From Candidatus Thorarchaeota archaeon (GTDB lineage: Archaea; Asgardarchaeota; Thorarchaeia; Thorarchaeales; Thorarchaeaceae), in NCBI GenBank assembly GCA_963726195.1, contig CAVSBO010000003.1, forward strand, positions 256,001-320,000: 64,000 bases of DNA, in the 5' to 3' direction. Position 1 is the first letter of the stretch. Each line of letters starts with the position of its first letter. Shown here in pieces: positions 37,528 through 48,535 of this stretch. The translations under genes and the position numbers were made by a program. The notes under the pieces are model-generated. The model did not search any database. It saw only the letters and a program-made list of their open reading frames with translations, and had not been told where the DNA came from.

Positions 37528-38958
37528 CTGAACGATGGCAAAGATCTAGTCGAGCACTGCATCGAGTTTGGTCGCGGTTTGGGCTCGAGTTATGTAGAGG
37601 CCCGGTATGTTCGAGAGCGCGCAAAGGGACTCGGCTATCGAAACGGTGAGATATTCTCCGGGGGACAACAGCCTTCCTCGGGCATCGGCGTCCGCATGGT
37701 TGTGGAAGGAAACGTGGGATTCGCATCATTTGATAGGATGGACAAGCAGCTGGCTGATGATGCTGTCCGAGCGGCATTCCGAATGGCCAAGAATGCTAAG
37801 CGCAAGAAGAAGATTGACTTTGGGAAGCCGATTAGCAATCGTGCCACATGGTCAGTGAAGGTTAAGCAGCCTCTCGAGGACGTTGACTTAGACACAATGA
37901 TGGCGACAGCAGACGAGCTCAACAAACAGCTAGCGGGCCTTAACTACTACGTAATGCTGCTCGCGCCCACTAAGATAGAGAAATACTTAGTGACCAGCGA
38001 AGGAACGGAGATAACCGGTGACGTCTCTCTTACTCGGGTTTTCATTCAGCTTACTACAGAAGGGAAGATGGGATCGGAGCAGAGAACCGTAGACATGACC
38101 CGAAGTGGGGGATGGGAAGCGTTCAAGGAGTCCAAGTTGGTCGAGATATTTGGTGAAGAGGCAACACACCTGAAGAGGGTCGCGCAAGAAGCACAGAAAG
38201 TTCCAGAACTCCTAGAAGGACCGATTGACATGATTGTCGGCTCAGAGGTGGCAGGCATAATCAGCCATGAGAATGTTGGTCACCCCAGTGAGGGAGACAG
38301 AATCATGGGAAGAGAAGGTGCTCAAGCAGGCGAGAGCTTTTGGAGAGACCTGAAAATCGGAGAATCCAGAATTGGCTCGAAGGCTGTGAATGTTTCGGAC
38401 GATCCCACCGTTCCGCAGTCGAGTGGATACTACCTGTACGACGACGAAGGGGTCAAGGCAAGAAAACGCCGCCTCATAAAGAATGGAATTGCGAACGAAC
38501 CCCTTCTTAACAGGGAATTTGGTGTCAGGTTTGGAAAAGAATCAAACGGGGCAGCAAGGTCCTCCAGTTTCGACAGAGAACCAATCATTCGGATGTCAAA
38601 CACGTTTTTCGAGCCAGGTGACTATTCTTTCGAGGAGCTGATTGAAGATGTCAAACTTGGAGTGTACATGAGAAGCTTCAAAGAATGGAACATCGACGAC
38701 CGAAGGTTTCAGTCAAAGTATACTGGCTCTGAAGCATACTTGATCAAAGACGGCGAACTCACTGATACACTAGTTCGTAGACCAGTACTTGAAACAACAA
38801 GCGTGGGTCTCCTCAGTGCGATGGACGGGGTCTCAAAAGAGTTTAGTCTCGACTTTGCCGGAACGTGCGGCAAGGGCGACCCAATGCAGGGTGTCCCAGT
38901 ATATGCAGGCGGCGGACAGATTCGTATTAGAAACATTCGACTGGGAGGGATGGGTTGA
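37528..38958 (+). CDS. tldD: TldD metalloprotease
   Basis: HENVGH (HExxxH), YDDEGV, RMSNTFF, GTCGKG. The frame is open from CTG at 37528; the track start is 37579. Confidence 0.9.
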   Translation: MNDGKDLVEHCIEFGRGLGSSYVEARYVRERAKGLGYRNGEIFSGGQQPSSGIGVRMVVEGNVGFASFDRMDKQLADDAVRAAFRMAKNAKRKKKIDFGKPISNRATWSVKVKQPLEDVDLDTMMATADELNKQLAGLNYYVMLLAPTKIEKYLVTSEGTEITGDVSLTRVFIQLTTEGKMGSEQRTVDMTRSGGWEAFKESKLVEIFGEEATHLKRVAQEAQKVPELLEGPIDMIVGSEVAGIISHENVGHPSEGDRIMGREGAQAGESFWRDLKIGESRIGSKAVNVSDDPTVPQSSGYYLYDDEGVKARKRRLIKNGIANEPLLNREFGVRFGKESNGAARSSSFDREPIIRMSNTFFEPGDYSFEELIEDVKLGVYMRSFKEWNIDDRRFQSKYTGSEAYLIKDGELTDTLVRRPVLETTSVGLLSAMDGVSKEFSLDFAGTCGKGDPMQGVPVYAGGGQIRIRNIRLGGMG

Positions 38959-40337
38959 TGGCAGATTTCGATCAACTGAAGTCATTTGCGGACGCGGCGA
39001 TAGAGAAGTCGAAAGACAGAGCCAGCTCTGTGATTGCCAATGTTGTTCGCTCAACAGGATCACAAGTCAGGTTCTCGCAGAGCCAAGTGGACATATCCAA
39101 CAGATGGGAATCCCTCACGCTTCAGCTTTTTGTCGTCGTGGGACAGGCTAAGACATGCGCATCTCAGAGATCAGTCAGATCCGAAGAGGAAGCCCAAGAA
39201 GCCGCTGAAGAAACCATCTCATACGCTGAACGCCTTCCTGCGTCTCCGTTTTTCGCGGGGGTTGAAGAATCTACGAGCCATTATGATAGCTTGGAAGGTC
39301 AATTCGATGAGCGTATCGAGGAATACGTCGATAGGGCACCCGGAATAATCAACACGGCAATTGATGCTGCGTTGAAAGAAGGAGCAAAGAGAGTAGCAGG
39401 GGCTCTCAAGTTCTCTCAGGACACATCTTTCATGCGGTCGAGTCTTGGACCTGAAGGAACAACACGAAAAACTGGATTTGATTTCAACGTCAGAGCTTTC
39501 CAGAACGAGCTCGACTACTCCGGCCAAGGTCTGTACTGTGGCGTGAAACTCCTCGACTCAGAACGACAGATAATCGAGGCTGGTGCTGAGGCAGGCAGGT
39601 TGTCAAGACAAGCCTCGGGGGCCAAGCAGGGTGAGCCTGGTATATATGACCTTGTGCTCAGCCCGACCGTAGCCGCCAACCTGATCGGCTATCTGCCCCA
39701 GACAGCTAACCCATTCCTGATAATGATAGGAGACTCTCCCCTAGGTGACAAGATGGGTCAACTGCTCGCTCCTGAGGAAGTCAACGTGGATGATGACGCA
39801 AGATTCCCCGGAGGTCTGGCCTCTGCATCCTTCGACTTTGAGGGGACTCCCACGAGAAGAACAACGATATTCGAGAGGGGAGTTTTGAAGTCTCTTGTGC
39901 ATAACACCAGTACAGCCAAGATGCACGAAACGCAATCAACCGGTAATTCTCAGCTCGTCTCAATGGCGTCGGGTTTGATGATGCTAATGCCAGGACCAAC
40001 GAATGTTGTCTTTGACAACGGTCGCAGTTCAATCGATTCGCTGTTTGATGGCAATAAGCCCACAATCTACGTCACATCGAACTGGTACACACGATGGCAA
40101 AACACCCAGACTGGCGAATTCTCAACGATCCCTCGAGATGCAATGTTCTTGGTTAAGGGCGGGCAGATGAAACCGATAAAGAATCTAAGAATCAGTGACA
40201 ACATCCTCCGGATGTTCGCGAACATATCTGAGCTTGGAAACGACAGAAAGCAGGTCTATTGGTGGGAAGTGACCACCCCAACTATGATTCCATCAATGAA
40301 GATTGCCGATTGTAGGATGACTGCAGCGACACTATGA
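38955..40337 (+). CDS. pmbA: PmbA/TldE partner subunit
   Basis: RFSQSQ, FDFEG.PT, STGN, GEFST; no HExxxH; overlaps the tldD stop. Confidence 0.88.
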   Translation: MMADFDQLKSFADAAIEKSKDRASSVIANVVRSTGSQVRFSQSQVDISNRWESLTLQLFVVVGQAKTCASQRSVRSEEEAQEAAEETISYAERLPASPFFAGVEESTSHYDSLEGQFDERIEEYVDRAPGIINTAIDAALKEGAKRVAGALKFSQDTSFMRSSLGPEGTTRKTGFDFNVRAFQNELDYSGQGLYCGVKLLDSERQIIEAGAEAGRLSRQASGAKQGEPGIYDLVLSPTVAANLIGYLPQTANPFLIMIGDSPLGDKMGQLLAPEEVNVDDDARFPGGLASASFDFEGTPTRRTTIFERGVLKSLVHNTSTAKMHETQSTGNSQLVSMASGLMMLMPGPTNVVFDNGRSSIDSLFDGNKPTIYVTSNWYTRWQNTQTGEFSTIPRDAMFLVKGGQMKPIKNLRISDNILRMFANISELGNDRKQVYWWEVTTPTMIPSMKIADCRMTAATL

Positions 40338-40369
40338 CCGATTTGGCAGAAGAAACCGAATCTCCGGGT

Positions 40370-40915
40370 CTACGTGCTCTTTCTCAGAGATTGCAATGCC
40401 ATTCGACACGTAACCGCGGGATGCAGGAAGATCTCGCTCACGTTCTGCCCGGTCTTGGCGCTTGCTTCGAAGTACTCCATGGACAGGAGCTTTGCCAAGT
40501 CTATTCCCTCCTCTGTCGTGACCACGAGCTTCTCAGCCACGTCTGCCTTGTTCCCCACTAGTGATCCGGTTAGATGCATTCCGGCGGAAGGGCAAGCTCC
40601 CTTCGTGATAGCGTCGTACCATTTGGGCACCTCCTCGAAGGTCGAACGGTCGGTCTTGTCAAAGACAAGAATGAGATGGTGCGTTCCCTGGTAGAAGCGA
40701 TTTCTTAGCGACACAAACGATTGCTGGCCTGCGAGATCGACAACATCGAGAACTACTCGCCCGTCAGGGAAGTCAAGAGTGGCCACGTTAAGATTGACCC
40801 CGACTGTGGCAGTGTAGTGTGGTTCAAACTCTCCTGAAAGATACCTGCGAAGAAGAGATGTCTTGCCCACATTTCTCGGGCCTGCAAGTATTATCTTGAA
40901 GACTTCGATGGACAA
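40370..40915 (-). CDS. Rab/Ras-like small GTPase
   Basis: G1 GPRNVGKT, G2 TATVG, G3 DLAGQ, G4 NKAD, G5 SAK. Confidence 0.92.
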   Translation of the reverse strand: MSIEVFKIILAGPRNVGKTSLLRRYLSGEFEPHYTATVGVNLNVATLDFPDGRVVLDVVDLAGQQSFVSLRNRFYQGTHHLILVFDKTDRSTFEEVPKWYDAITKGACPSAGMHLTGSLVGNKADVAEKLVVTTEEGIDLAKLLSMEYFEASAKTGQNVSEIFLHPAVTCRMALQSLRKST

Positions 40916-41140
40916 GACGCTGAACCACTCCTAGTTAACAGAAGGGAAGTGTTTTCACTTATGAGAGTTCGCACGATGTCTCTTCGGGAGGAAGACATCC
41001 ACGGGCGCCATGCCGGACACAGAAAACCTGGACGCTGAATGATAAAGGATTCAACTCAACAAACGCCGTAAGTCTAAGTGGCCGCGGCCGACCATAAGAA
41101 AGGGTTTTAGCCTGAAAGACCCGGCAACCGTCGACTGAAA

Positions 41141-41647
41141 ATGGTCGACCTCGGCAACATCAGAAGCAGGACAAAATCAGCAAGTGAGTACGTCCAGACT
41201 CTTCCGGAGAACGAAAAGCAAGGCTTCCTTGACGTTTACGAAGACTACAAGATGGACTTCGGAAGCGTGGAAGCATTGAGGGATCTGGCGAAGGGTGTCA
41301 CAATTGTGGTTCTCAGCGCAGGCTGGTGCAAGGACTGCAAGAACGCTATCCCTGTGCTCGCGCATCTGGAGGAACAGATTGACCTCGATGTGAGAGTATT
41401 CGGCGGCATGAAGACGGCTCCGCTCGACCCCAACCACAAGTGGGCTGTTCCTCCTTCGCCGCCCGAGGCTGAGGAATGGAAAGTCAAAGCTATACCGTGG
41501 ATTGAGATCTTCGACAAGGCCGGGAACAAAATCGCAACAATCATCGAAAAGCCTACTGTCAAGAGCACCCTCGAAGCAGAGCTACTATATGTTTTGGAGA
41601 ACCAGCCATGGCCGTCTCCGAAGCGGGAGACTAAGAAGAAGCAGTAG
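41141..41647 (+). CDS. Thioredoxin-family protein (WCKDC)
   Basis: WCKDC, WAVPPSPPE, cis-Pro AIPW; paralog of 15827-16303. Confidence 0.82.
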   Translation: MVDLGNIRSRTKSASEYVQTLPENEKQGFLDVYEDYKMDFGSVEALRDLAKGVTIVVLSAGWCKDCKNAIPVLAHLEEQIDLDVRVFGGMKTAPLDPNHKWAVPPSPPEAEEWKVKAIPWIEIFDKAGNKIATIIEKPTVKSTLEAELLYVLENQPWPSPKRETKKKQ

Positions 41648-41996
41648 TGAGTAGCCTTTGCCGCTTGTTTGCCAATCAGATTGGGCTGATGTGAGACTTG
41701 AAGAGAATAGATAGAAGGGCTTGCTGTTCTGGTTTGTTCGCACTTGCCAACAGCGTTGTGCTACCTCCAACACATGGCGTTCTTTCTGCAAAGAGCTTGA
41801 TTTCCGAGGGGCTTTCAGTCAGTATCTCTGCGAGTCAGAATCCACAGATGTTGAAGCATGCTGTCCTTCCCTTACATGGCGGCTTACATAAGGAGAAGCT
41901 TCATATAGAAACCCTGAGATAAGGCGGCAGTCCTAGTGGTTTGTAAGGCACAGAATGTCGACAGACCACAGACTTCTTTTCAAAGGAGAAGAATTG

Positions 41997-44413
41997 ATGA
42001 AAATCAGAACGAAGTATGCGCTCCTTGCTGTATTCATCGCAGCTACTCTTGTGCTGCCCATGTACGCTGGGAGCAATATAAGCACGCCCCGTCTGATTCC
42101 TTCTGTTCATGAGTCGACCGCCACTTCAGAGACTGATGTTCAGGCTCTGGAGGTAATGGATTCTTACGTGGATCCATTCGGTGGGGTGTACAACGTGATT
42201 GGCGGCGCATACAATGCGACGCAATACGGATTCTCCCACATAACGGCCCTCGAGAACATAGTGAAGGATCAGATGCAAAATAAGAACGGCTTTGTCCGGT
42301 CATCGGCATTCAGTTTGAGCGCGAGCGTTCCCTATCCCAACGGTGTCGTTGGTGCGCCTCTGGCTGTCCTAGAGCTCGATGTTTTCCCAGTGCTAGTGAT
42401 TCCTACAGTCAGAGCCAGTGCACACTATGCGAACCTCACGCAGACTGACGCCATCAGTATCGCTGATCAATTTGCATCCGTCTACGACACTGCCCTCTCA
42501 ATCAGCCTGACACGATTCATGATTAGCAAGACATCTACGTCTTGGCTTTTCCACTATGGCATTCCCACCTACACCTCGTGCTATGGCAAAGAGTATCATT
42601 TCGTCTACCTAGCAGTTCTGACGGCCGACCAAGGTGTAGCGGCCATGAAGACCCTGCTCAATAGGCTTGCCGGCCTAGGTGGCTTCATGTCCATTCTCGG
42701 AGGGACTAGTTGGCCCTACCTGCTGACCACTGCAGTAGAGCGCTACATCCCCTATTACATCATGCCTCACTTTCAGGGCACGAGTTATAGCGTCATGGAC
42801 ATGCTTAGCTCCCGCGGGTATCCTTACTTCAGATCCAGTAACGCAACTGACACTGAGGTAATTGAGTCGTCCGTTATGGGTGGAGCAGCTTTCGATTACC
42901 CAGGTTACGTCAATGCAGTAGCTGGCAATGAGAGCTATTCATTGAAGACACTGGTCGGCTACACTGGCAGCATTGAGAACAAGATGCAGCAGGATAGCAG
43001 CGCCGATTCATTATCGATCATTGGTGGAGAGACACCAGGTTCTCTCACAATGTACGGCATTCCTTCAACATGGATGACCATCAATGACCAGTTCGAGATA
43101 CCGGGCGCAATCGACATCGACGGTGTCCATCTCCCATCAGGCACAACGATTTCAGACGCCATGCGCACGATACTCTCAGTCATGCCCGGAGAGGCTGCTT
43201 ACGAAGTGAACGCGATGATTGGAGGTCTAAACAGTTCGTCACTTGATTTCATTGTCGACCACCTATGGGGTGTGCCGGGATACACTGATTACAAGACACT
43301 GCTATTAGCCGAAAACTACTCGGCTATCACGACCTCGGTCACCGAGATGAACTTCGACCTGCTCGCGACAGTGATGAAGAGCGCTGGTTTGACACCGGAT
43401 ACTCTCATCGCTGACATTGACCCAACGGTTGCAGCCATCTCACCAGTCGGTGCGCTGGCCAAGGCTTTTGTTCTCGTTCTTCGATAGCTACCACATCCTC
43501 GACATCCTCCTCCCCGCCAACTACAACACGGCATCGGGTATGGCTGCATACCTGAATACCTTCATCCAAGGTTTCGAGAAAGCCCTCCACGATTTGACTG
43601 GCTATGATGTGACAACCACTTTCGAGACCAAGGAAGGCATTGCTACATTCGTCCAAGCACACTGGGGCATTGCGCTTCAAGCACTCTGGACGGCAATGGC
43701 GGCTGAGCGATCTATCGGGTGTCAAGGTTGCATTCCATAACATCCTAAATGCGACAAACTTCCAGGAGCACATCACTCCATATCTTAAAGCAGACCTTGG
43801 TGCCTCGCTTCTGGCTGGCATAGGCTTCGAGTTCGCTGTGAACTTCAACGGAACAGCCTTCAAGACTATGTCAGCCAACGACGTGACCTTTGCCTTCGAT
43901 TCGGATCCCTCAACAATCAAAATCACTGGTCCATATCTAGCAGTCGTCAAGAGTCCTAACTCGAGAACAGTCAATCTCGGAGACACTATCAACTACACCA
44001 TGAACGTACACAACTATGGTGACGCAACGGCCTATGATGTCAAGGTCCTCGACGGAATCTCTGCTGGTCTCGATGGAGAGCGGCAGTACTACTGGACCAA
44101 GTCCTCGTTGACTGCGGGTGAAACCTGGGAATTCACATATCTGGTAAAGGCTAACTCCGCAGGTCTTTTCATGGACATGCCCGCAATCTGTGTTTACTTC
44201 AACCAGAGCCTAAGCACGTTCAATCCTGCTTTGAACTGGACAGGCACTGCCCGATACACCTTCTCAGCGATGGGCTTTCAGATGAATGTAGCCGGACCAG
44301 GTGGGTGGCTCCCATCTACGCTGTTTGGCATCCCGACACTCTATGTGATTGCAGGAGTTGGTGGAGTCGCTGCACTCGGTGTGGCTTTGCTCATCATCAG
44401 AAGACGAACGTAG
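41997..44413 (+). CDS. Large secreted, membrane-anchored surface (glyco)protein with C-terminal DUF11/Ig-like domain (frameshifts at ~43470 and ~43700)
   Basis: Signal peptide MKIRTKYALLAVF..., many sequons, V.KS....VNLGDTINYT.NV.NYG...AYDV.V.D motif, C-terminal TM followed by RRR. Three track ORFs (41955, 43417, 43640) join into one gene. Confidence 0.7.
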
Positions 44414-44739
44414 TTCTTAGAGTCTACACATGAGGTCGTGCGCCATTGCATATGACGCAGCGACCTTTCTCCCTTTTTTTCTCTCGCACCTTGTTTTGAC
44501 AGACAGGAGACCGCTTCAGGACCTCATGTACGCTGCATCTGCGGACACTCAACTTGGACGGCCTTGCGCGAATCTGAACAAGCTCGTTTTCATACTCTAA
44601 GATTCCGCCCAAAACGTGCCAGAATATGCCGCTCTGGGATGACTCACGCGATGCCTTTTTATTGCGACAGCCGCCAGCTCCCCTTCATAGGACGACTCAA
44701 GAAATCGTTCTAGACCTTCTAACATTAGGAGATTTCGTA

Positions 44740-45070
44740 ATGTCCAAGAAAACAGATAAGAAGCCAGCTGAGCCAGCAAAGAAGCCCGCTCCAGCCCCGG
44801 CAAAGCCTGCCCCGGCTGCTCCTGCAAAGCCCGCTCCAGCTCCAGCTAAGCCGGCTCCTCCTCCAGCGAAGCCAGCTCCCGGTCCGGCTCCAAAGCCAGC
44901 CGGTGCATTCGAGAAGTGGGAGTGCCAAGTCTGTGGATATGTCTACGATGAGGCCAAGGGGAGACCCTGACGGCGGAATCAAGCCTGGCACAAAGTTCTC
45001 AGCACTGCCGGATGACTGGGTATGCCCAATGTGCGGTGCTTCCAAAGAAGACTTTGAGAAAGTCAAGTAA
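44740..45070 (+). CDS. Rubredoxin with N-terminal Lys/Pro/Ala-rich extension (extra G at ~44960)
   Basis: [16 protein letters not shown]; removing one G from GGGG gives [43 protein letters not shown] before ATG 44740. Confidence 0.9.
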
Positions 45071-45079
45071 GACACAGCT

Positions 45080-45113
45080 GTGGGGCTTTCCGGCCCCACT
45101 TGCTCTTCTTTTT
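45080..45113 (+). terminator. Hairpin plus T-tract after the rubredoxin gene
   Basis: GTGGGGC-TTTCCG-GCCCCAC followed by TTGCTCTTCTTTTT. Confidence 0.55.
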
Positions 45114-45129
45114 CTAACAACGCCTCGGC

Positions 45130-47812
45130 TCATCTGTTGCGTCCAGATTCGCGTAACAGATGAACAACGTCTGTGTTGACAGTCCTCTTCGTGACGTAGT
45201 ATACGGCGAGGAGTGACGCAATGAGAGAGAAAATCACCAAGAACAAGGTCCTGTAGTCAGCCAGGATGAAGAAGCCGCCGCTAAATCGAATCGCCAAGTC
45301 TCTCAGCGCGAGTTCGGCTCCAATCCCCGCAAGGCAACCGACAATCACGCCTGATATCATCGGAGCGGAACTCTCTGCCGCAAGCGTGCGTGCAATCTCT
45401 TTGCCACTCATCCCAAGTGATGAGAGCATTCCCAGCTCTCGTCTACGGGATGAAGAGACAGCCCAGCTGCTGATTAGCGCACTGACCAAGGTGGATATGA
45501 AGAGAGACGTCAATGATGCATTAACTAGCAGCTGGATTGACTGTAGTGCTGACACATAGTCTGCTTCGAGAGACGAAACCAGAGCGGGGTATGCTCCAGG
45601 CAACGATAGAAGCTCCGTAAGGACTGCTTTCGGGTTCGATGCCTCGATTAGCAAGCTGCTTGCCTTGAAGGCTTCTCCTTGCATGCTTGCCCATGTCTGC
45701 GTGCTGACAATGACGAATACTGGCTCGACAGACGAAAACATGAAGACCGGTACTGATGATTCACAAATCCCGACGATTGATAGATTCGCAGTCGGACCAA
45801 CGTTTACCTTGCCTCCGAGGTTGAGATTCAACGTGTTAGCCGCATACTCAGAGACAACACAAGACATGGGTTCCGAAATGACATCGAGACCACGTGTCAG
45901 ATTAACGGATTGTTCCATGCCCAGCGAAGCCATTTGCTCTAGGCCGTGGGGATCTACTCCCATCAGAAGACCATCTCTCGAGAGGGTAGACTGCCAAATG
46001 ATTTCTACAGCTTGATTCATTGGCACAACAGCCGTGATGTTGGGCATGTTCTCTATCTGCGTTATGACCGCCGAGTCTGCAGGAGGGTTCATGTAGACGA
46101 CCACGTTTGCTGATGTGGTTTGTCCAGCGACGTTCCTCTTCCACGACTCAGTGATTACGTAGCCGACGTTTGTAGACGCGAAGTATAGAACCGTGGCGGC
46201 AGCAAAGAGATTGAACACAACAAGACTCGCAAGAGTGTTTCGTTTCACGTTCTTTCTTGAGAGGGTCTTCACGACTTCTGATGCATGAACGACTAGGGGT
46301 CGGAGCGCCCTTCGTGAACTCGCCAGCTTGGGCGAAACGGCTGCCACTAGCAGAAGCAATGCAGGCACTGACATCATTCGTATCACGTCTAATGTAATGA
46401 TGTGCAGTTCGAAGATGTCAGAGACCATCTGGACCATGACCAATCCTGTGAGCGTAGCAGCAATGATTCCAAGCGTCGCTTGAATCTTCCTTCGACCCGA
46501 GGCTGAAAGAGTCCTGCCTACCTGAGCAGTCGGCAATGCTCCTGACCCAAGGCTGCTTGCAACTGACTCTCTTGATGCCCGCCAAGCGGGCAGGTAGCCT
46601 GCCATGAGCGTCAAAGCAAGACCGAAGGCGCATGAAATCAGAATGCTCACAGGGTCTCACTGTTGCAAGATTCTGGAAGTACTGACTCGTCGTGCCGACA
46701 AATGTGATTCGCGACAGAAGGACCAAGAAGTTCAGTACGACTGTTCCGATTGTGAGCCCAAGACAGATTCCTAGTCCGGCTCCGATGATTCCGATTGTGC
46801 CAACCTCGGCAAGAAACAGAGCGAGCACCTGCGATCTCGAGGACCCGAAAGCAAGGACAACCCCCGTCTCATAGCGCCGCTGGGCGAATATCATCGCGAA
46901 TGAAGAGAATACCCTGAATATTGCTGTGAAACAGGATGCTGCTACCAGCGCCAGCAAAACGGTCCGCGCCTGAGTTAGGAACAATGACGAGAGTCTGAGT
47001 GGATAGACCTTGAGGTTGTTGACCGAGAAGCCTTCGCCGCATACGGCCTTTATGAAGTCAGTCGCCGCCGGTGCGGCGAAGATATCATAGAGCTCAACCA
47101 TCAACTTGTTGGTTGACTGTGCTTCGTATTTTATTCTGTAGATATCCCATGCACGTTCGAGCGATATGAACACCACAGGACCAATAACGCCTTTGTCAAT
47201 TGCGGGACCGTATCCTGTCATATTGAATGAAGCCCAGCCAGCACTTGTATAAAGGGTGAGCGGGTCCCCCAATGAAACGTTCAGGAGTTTGAAGGCTTCT
47301 CTCGTCAGGAAGCATCCATTGCCTGAGACATCCACAGAACCTGCTGTCGCATATAGGCTGCCTATGTCGGACTCAAGCTGTGGGTCAAAACCTACGAGGA
47401 ACACAAAGACCCAGCTGACTGTCTCGTTAGGATATACAAACCGCGCGTATTCCTCGATTCGCGGAATGACTTTCATTACGCTAGGTCCGTTTTCTATGGC
47501 TGTTCTCATGTCGGTGGTAATCGGTACGTACTCTTTGGTAGCTGATACCGAAATATCCACCGGAGATAGTGTAGCCTTCAGAAAGAGGTTGGCGCTGTTC
47601 TCCAGACTGCTGCTAGCAGAAAGGGCAGTATAAAGAAGGCTCACTGAAATGGCAATCGAAAGCACCGTGACAGCGGCGACTCTTTTTCGCCTCAGTGCGT
47701 TCCTGAAACCTATGTGAGCCAGTTCCCGTATCAAGGTCTTCTTGGTTCCGTGATGGTGATAACTAGGAACGTACTCGAGTACCTTTTCAAGATTCCACTT
47801 ACCAATCACCAC
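45130..47812 (-). CDS. FtsX/MacB-type ABC permease (apparent frameshift at ~46650)
   Basis: RNALRRK, QRRYETGVVLAFG, YLPAWRASR, RRRELGMLSSLG. ORFs 46418-47812 and 45130-46650 join; the start position is uncertain. Confidence 0.8.
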
Positions 47813-47887
47813 AGTTTGCGCGGCGTTGTCGAAAGGTCCATAGGGACCGTTACGTGCATTCGAGACCCACTATTCGTAGAGGGTTCT

Positions 47888-48445
47888 ATGAGCATGCAAT
47901 GGAGCAAGAGACTGACTAAGATTGCGACGAATCGGAACATACTGCTGGGTCTCATGCTAGTCCTAATCCTAGGTATCATTATGATGGCTGTAATCCAGCC
48001 CCAGATGATGGCGTTGAGCGGAGGTCTGCCAATTCTGGACTCGCGCCTCTTCTATACTACGCCGGATGTGAACCAGCTGTTCACAGCACTGGGGGGCACT
48101 GGGCGCCTTCTGTACACTTATCATCAGGTTTTCGACTCGCTCTTTCCGGCTACCTACGGGATTGCTATTGCCCTCGCAATCGTGAGACTGGTGAACAGAG
48201 TCTCGCCCGGCGAAAGTCGGCTTAGGTTGACTGTGTTCATACCCTTCATTGCTGCCCTCACCGATTACGCTGAGAACTGCCTAATCGCCTCACAGCTTGC
48301 TTCTTTTCCAACTCTTTCTAGCGGAATCATCATGGCCGCTGCTATCATGACTCTCTCCAAGTGGATGCTGATCGTGGTGGCCTTTGGGATTCTGATTGTG
48401 CTCGGCATTGTGACAATGGGAAAAGGAAAGCAAACTCACGCATAG
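47888..48445 (+). CDS. Hypothetical 4-TM membrane protein
   Basis: LD.R..YT...LG..GR..Y...D..FP..Y and D..EN...K pattern with hydrophobic segments. Confidence 0.7.
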   Translation: MSMQWSKRLTKIATNRNILLGLMLVLILGIIMMAVIQPQMMALSGGLPILDSRLFYTTPDVNQLFTALGGTGRLLYTYHQVFDSLFPATYGIAIALAIVRLVNRVSPGESRLRLTVFIPFIAALTDYAENCLIASQLASFPTLSSGIIMAAAIMTLSKWMLIVVAFGILIVLGIVTMGKGKQTHA

Positions 48446-48535
48446 TGCTTTCGAGCGCGCTCCAATGGTCAAAGCAAATGCTTTTGAACCGTTCATAACG
48501 GGTGAACAGATACCAGCAAACAGGGCTTGGTCAAC

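Noticed and set aside
44960-44970. TGA after the rubredoxin half as possible selenocysteine (likewise the TGAs at 5077 and 33126)
   Set aside because: The conserved continuation lies in a different frame and the TGA is not at a Cys position, so these are indels. No convincing SECIS was identified.
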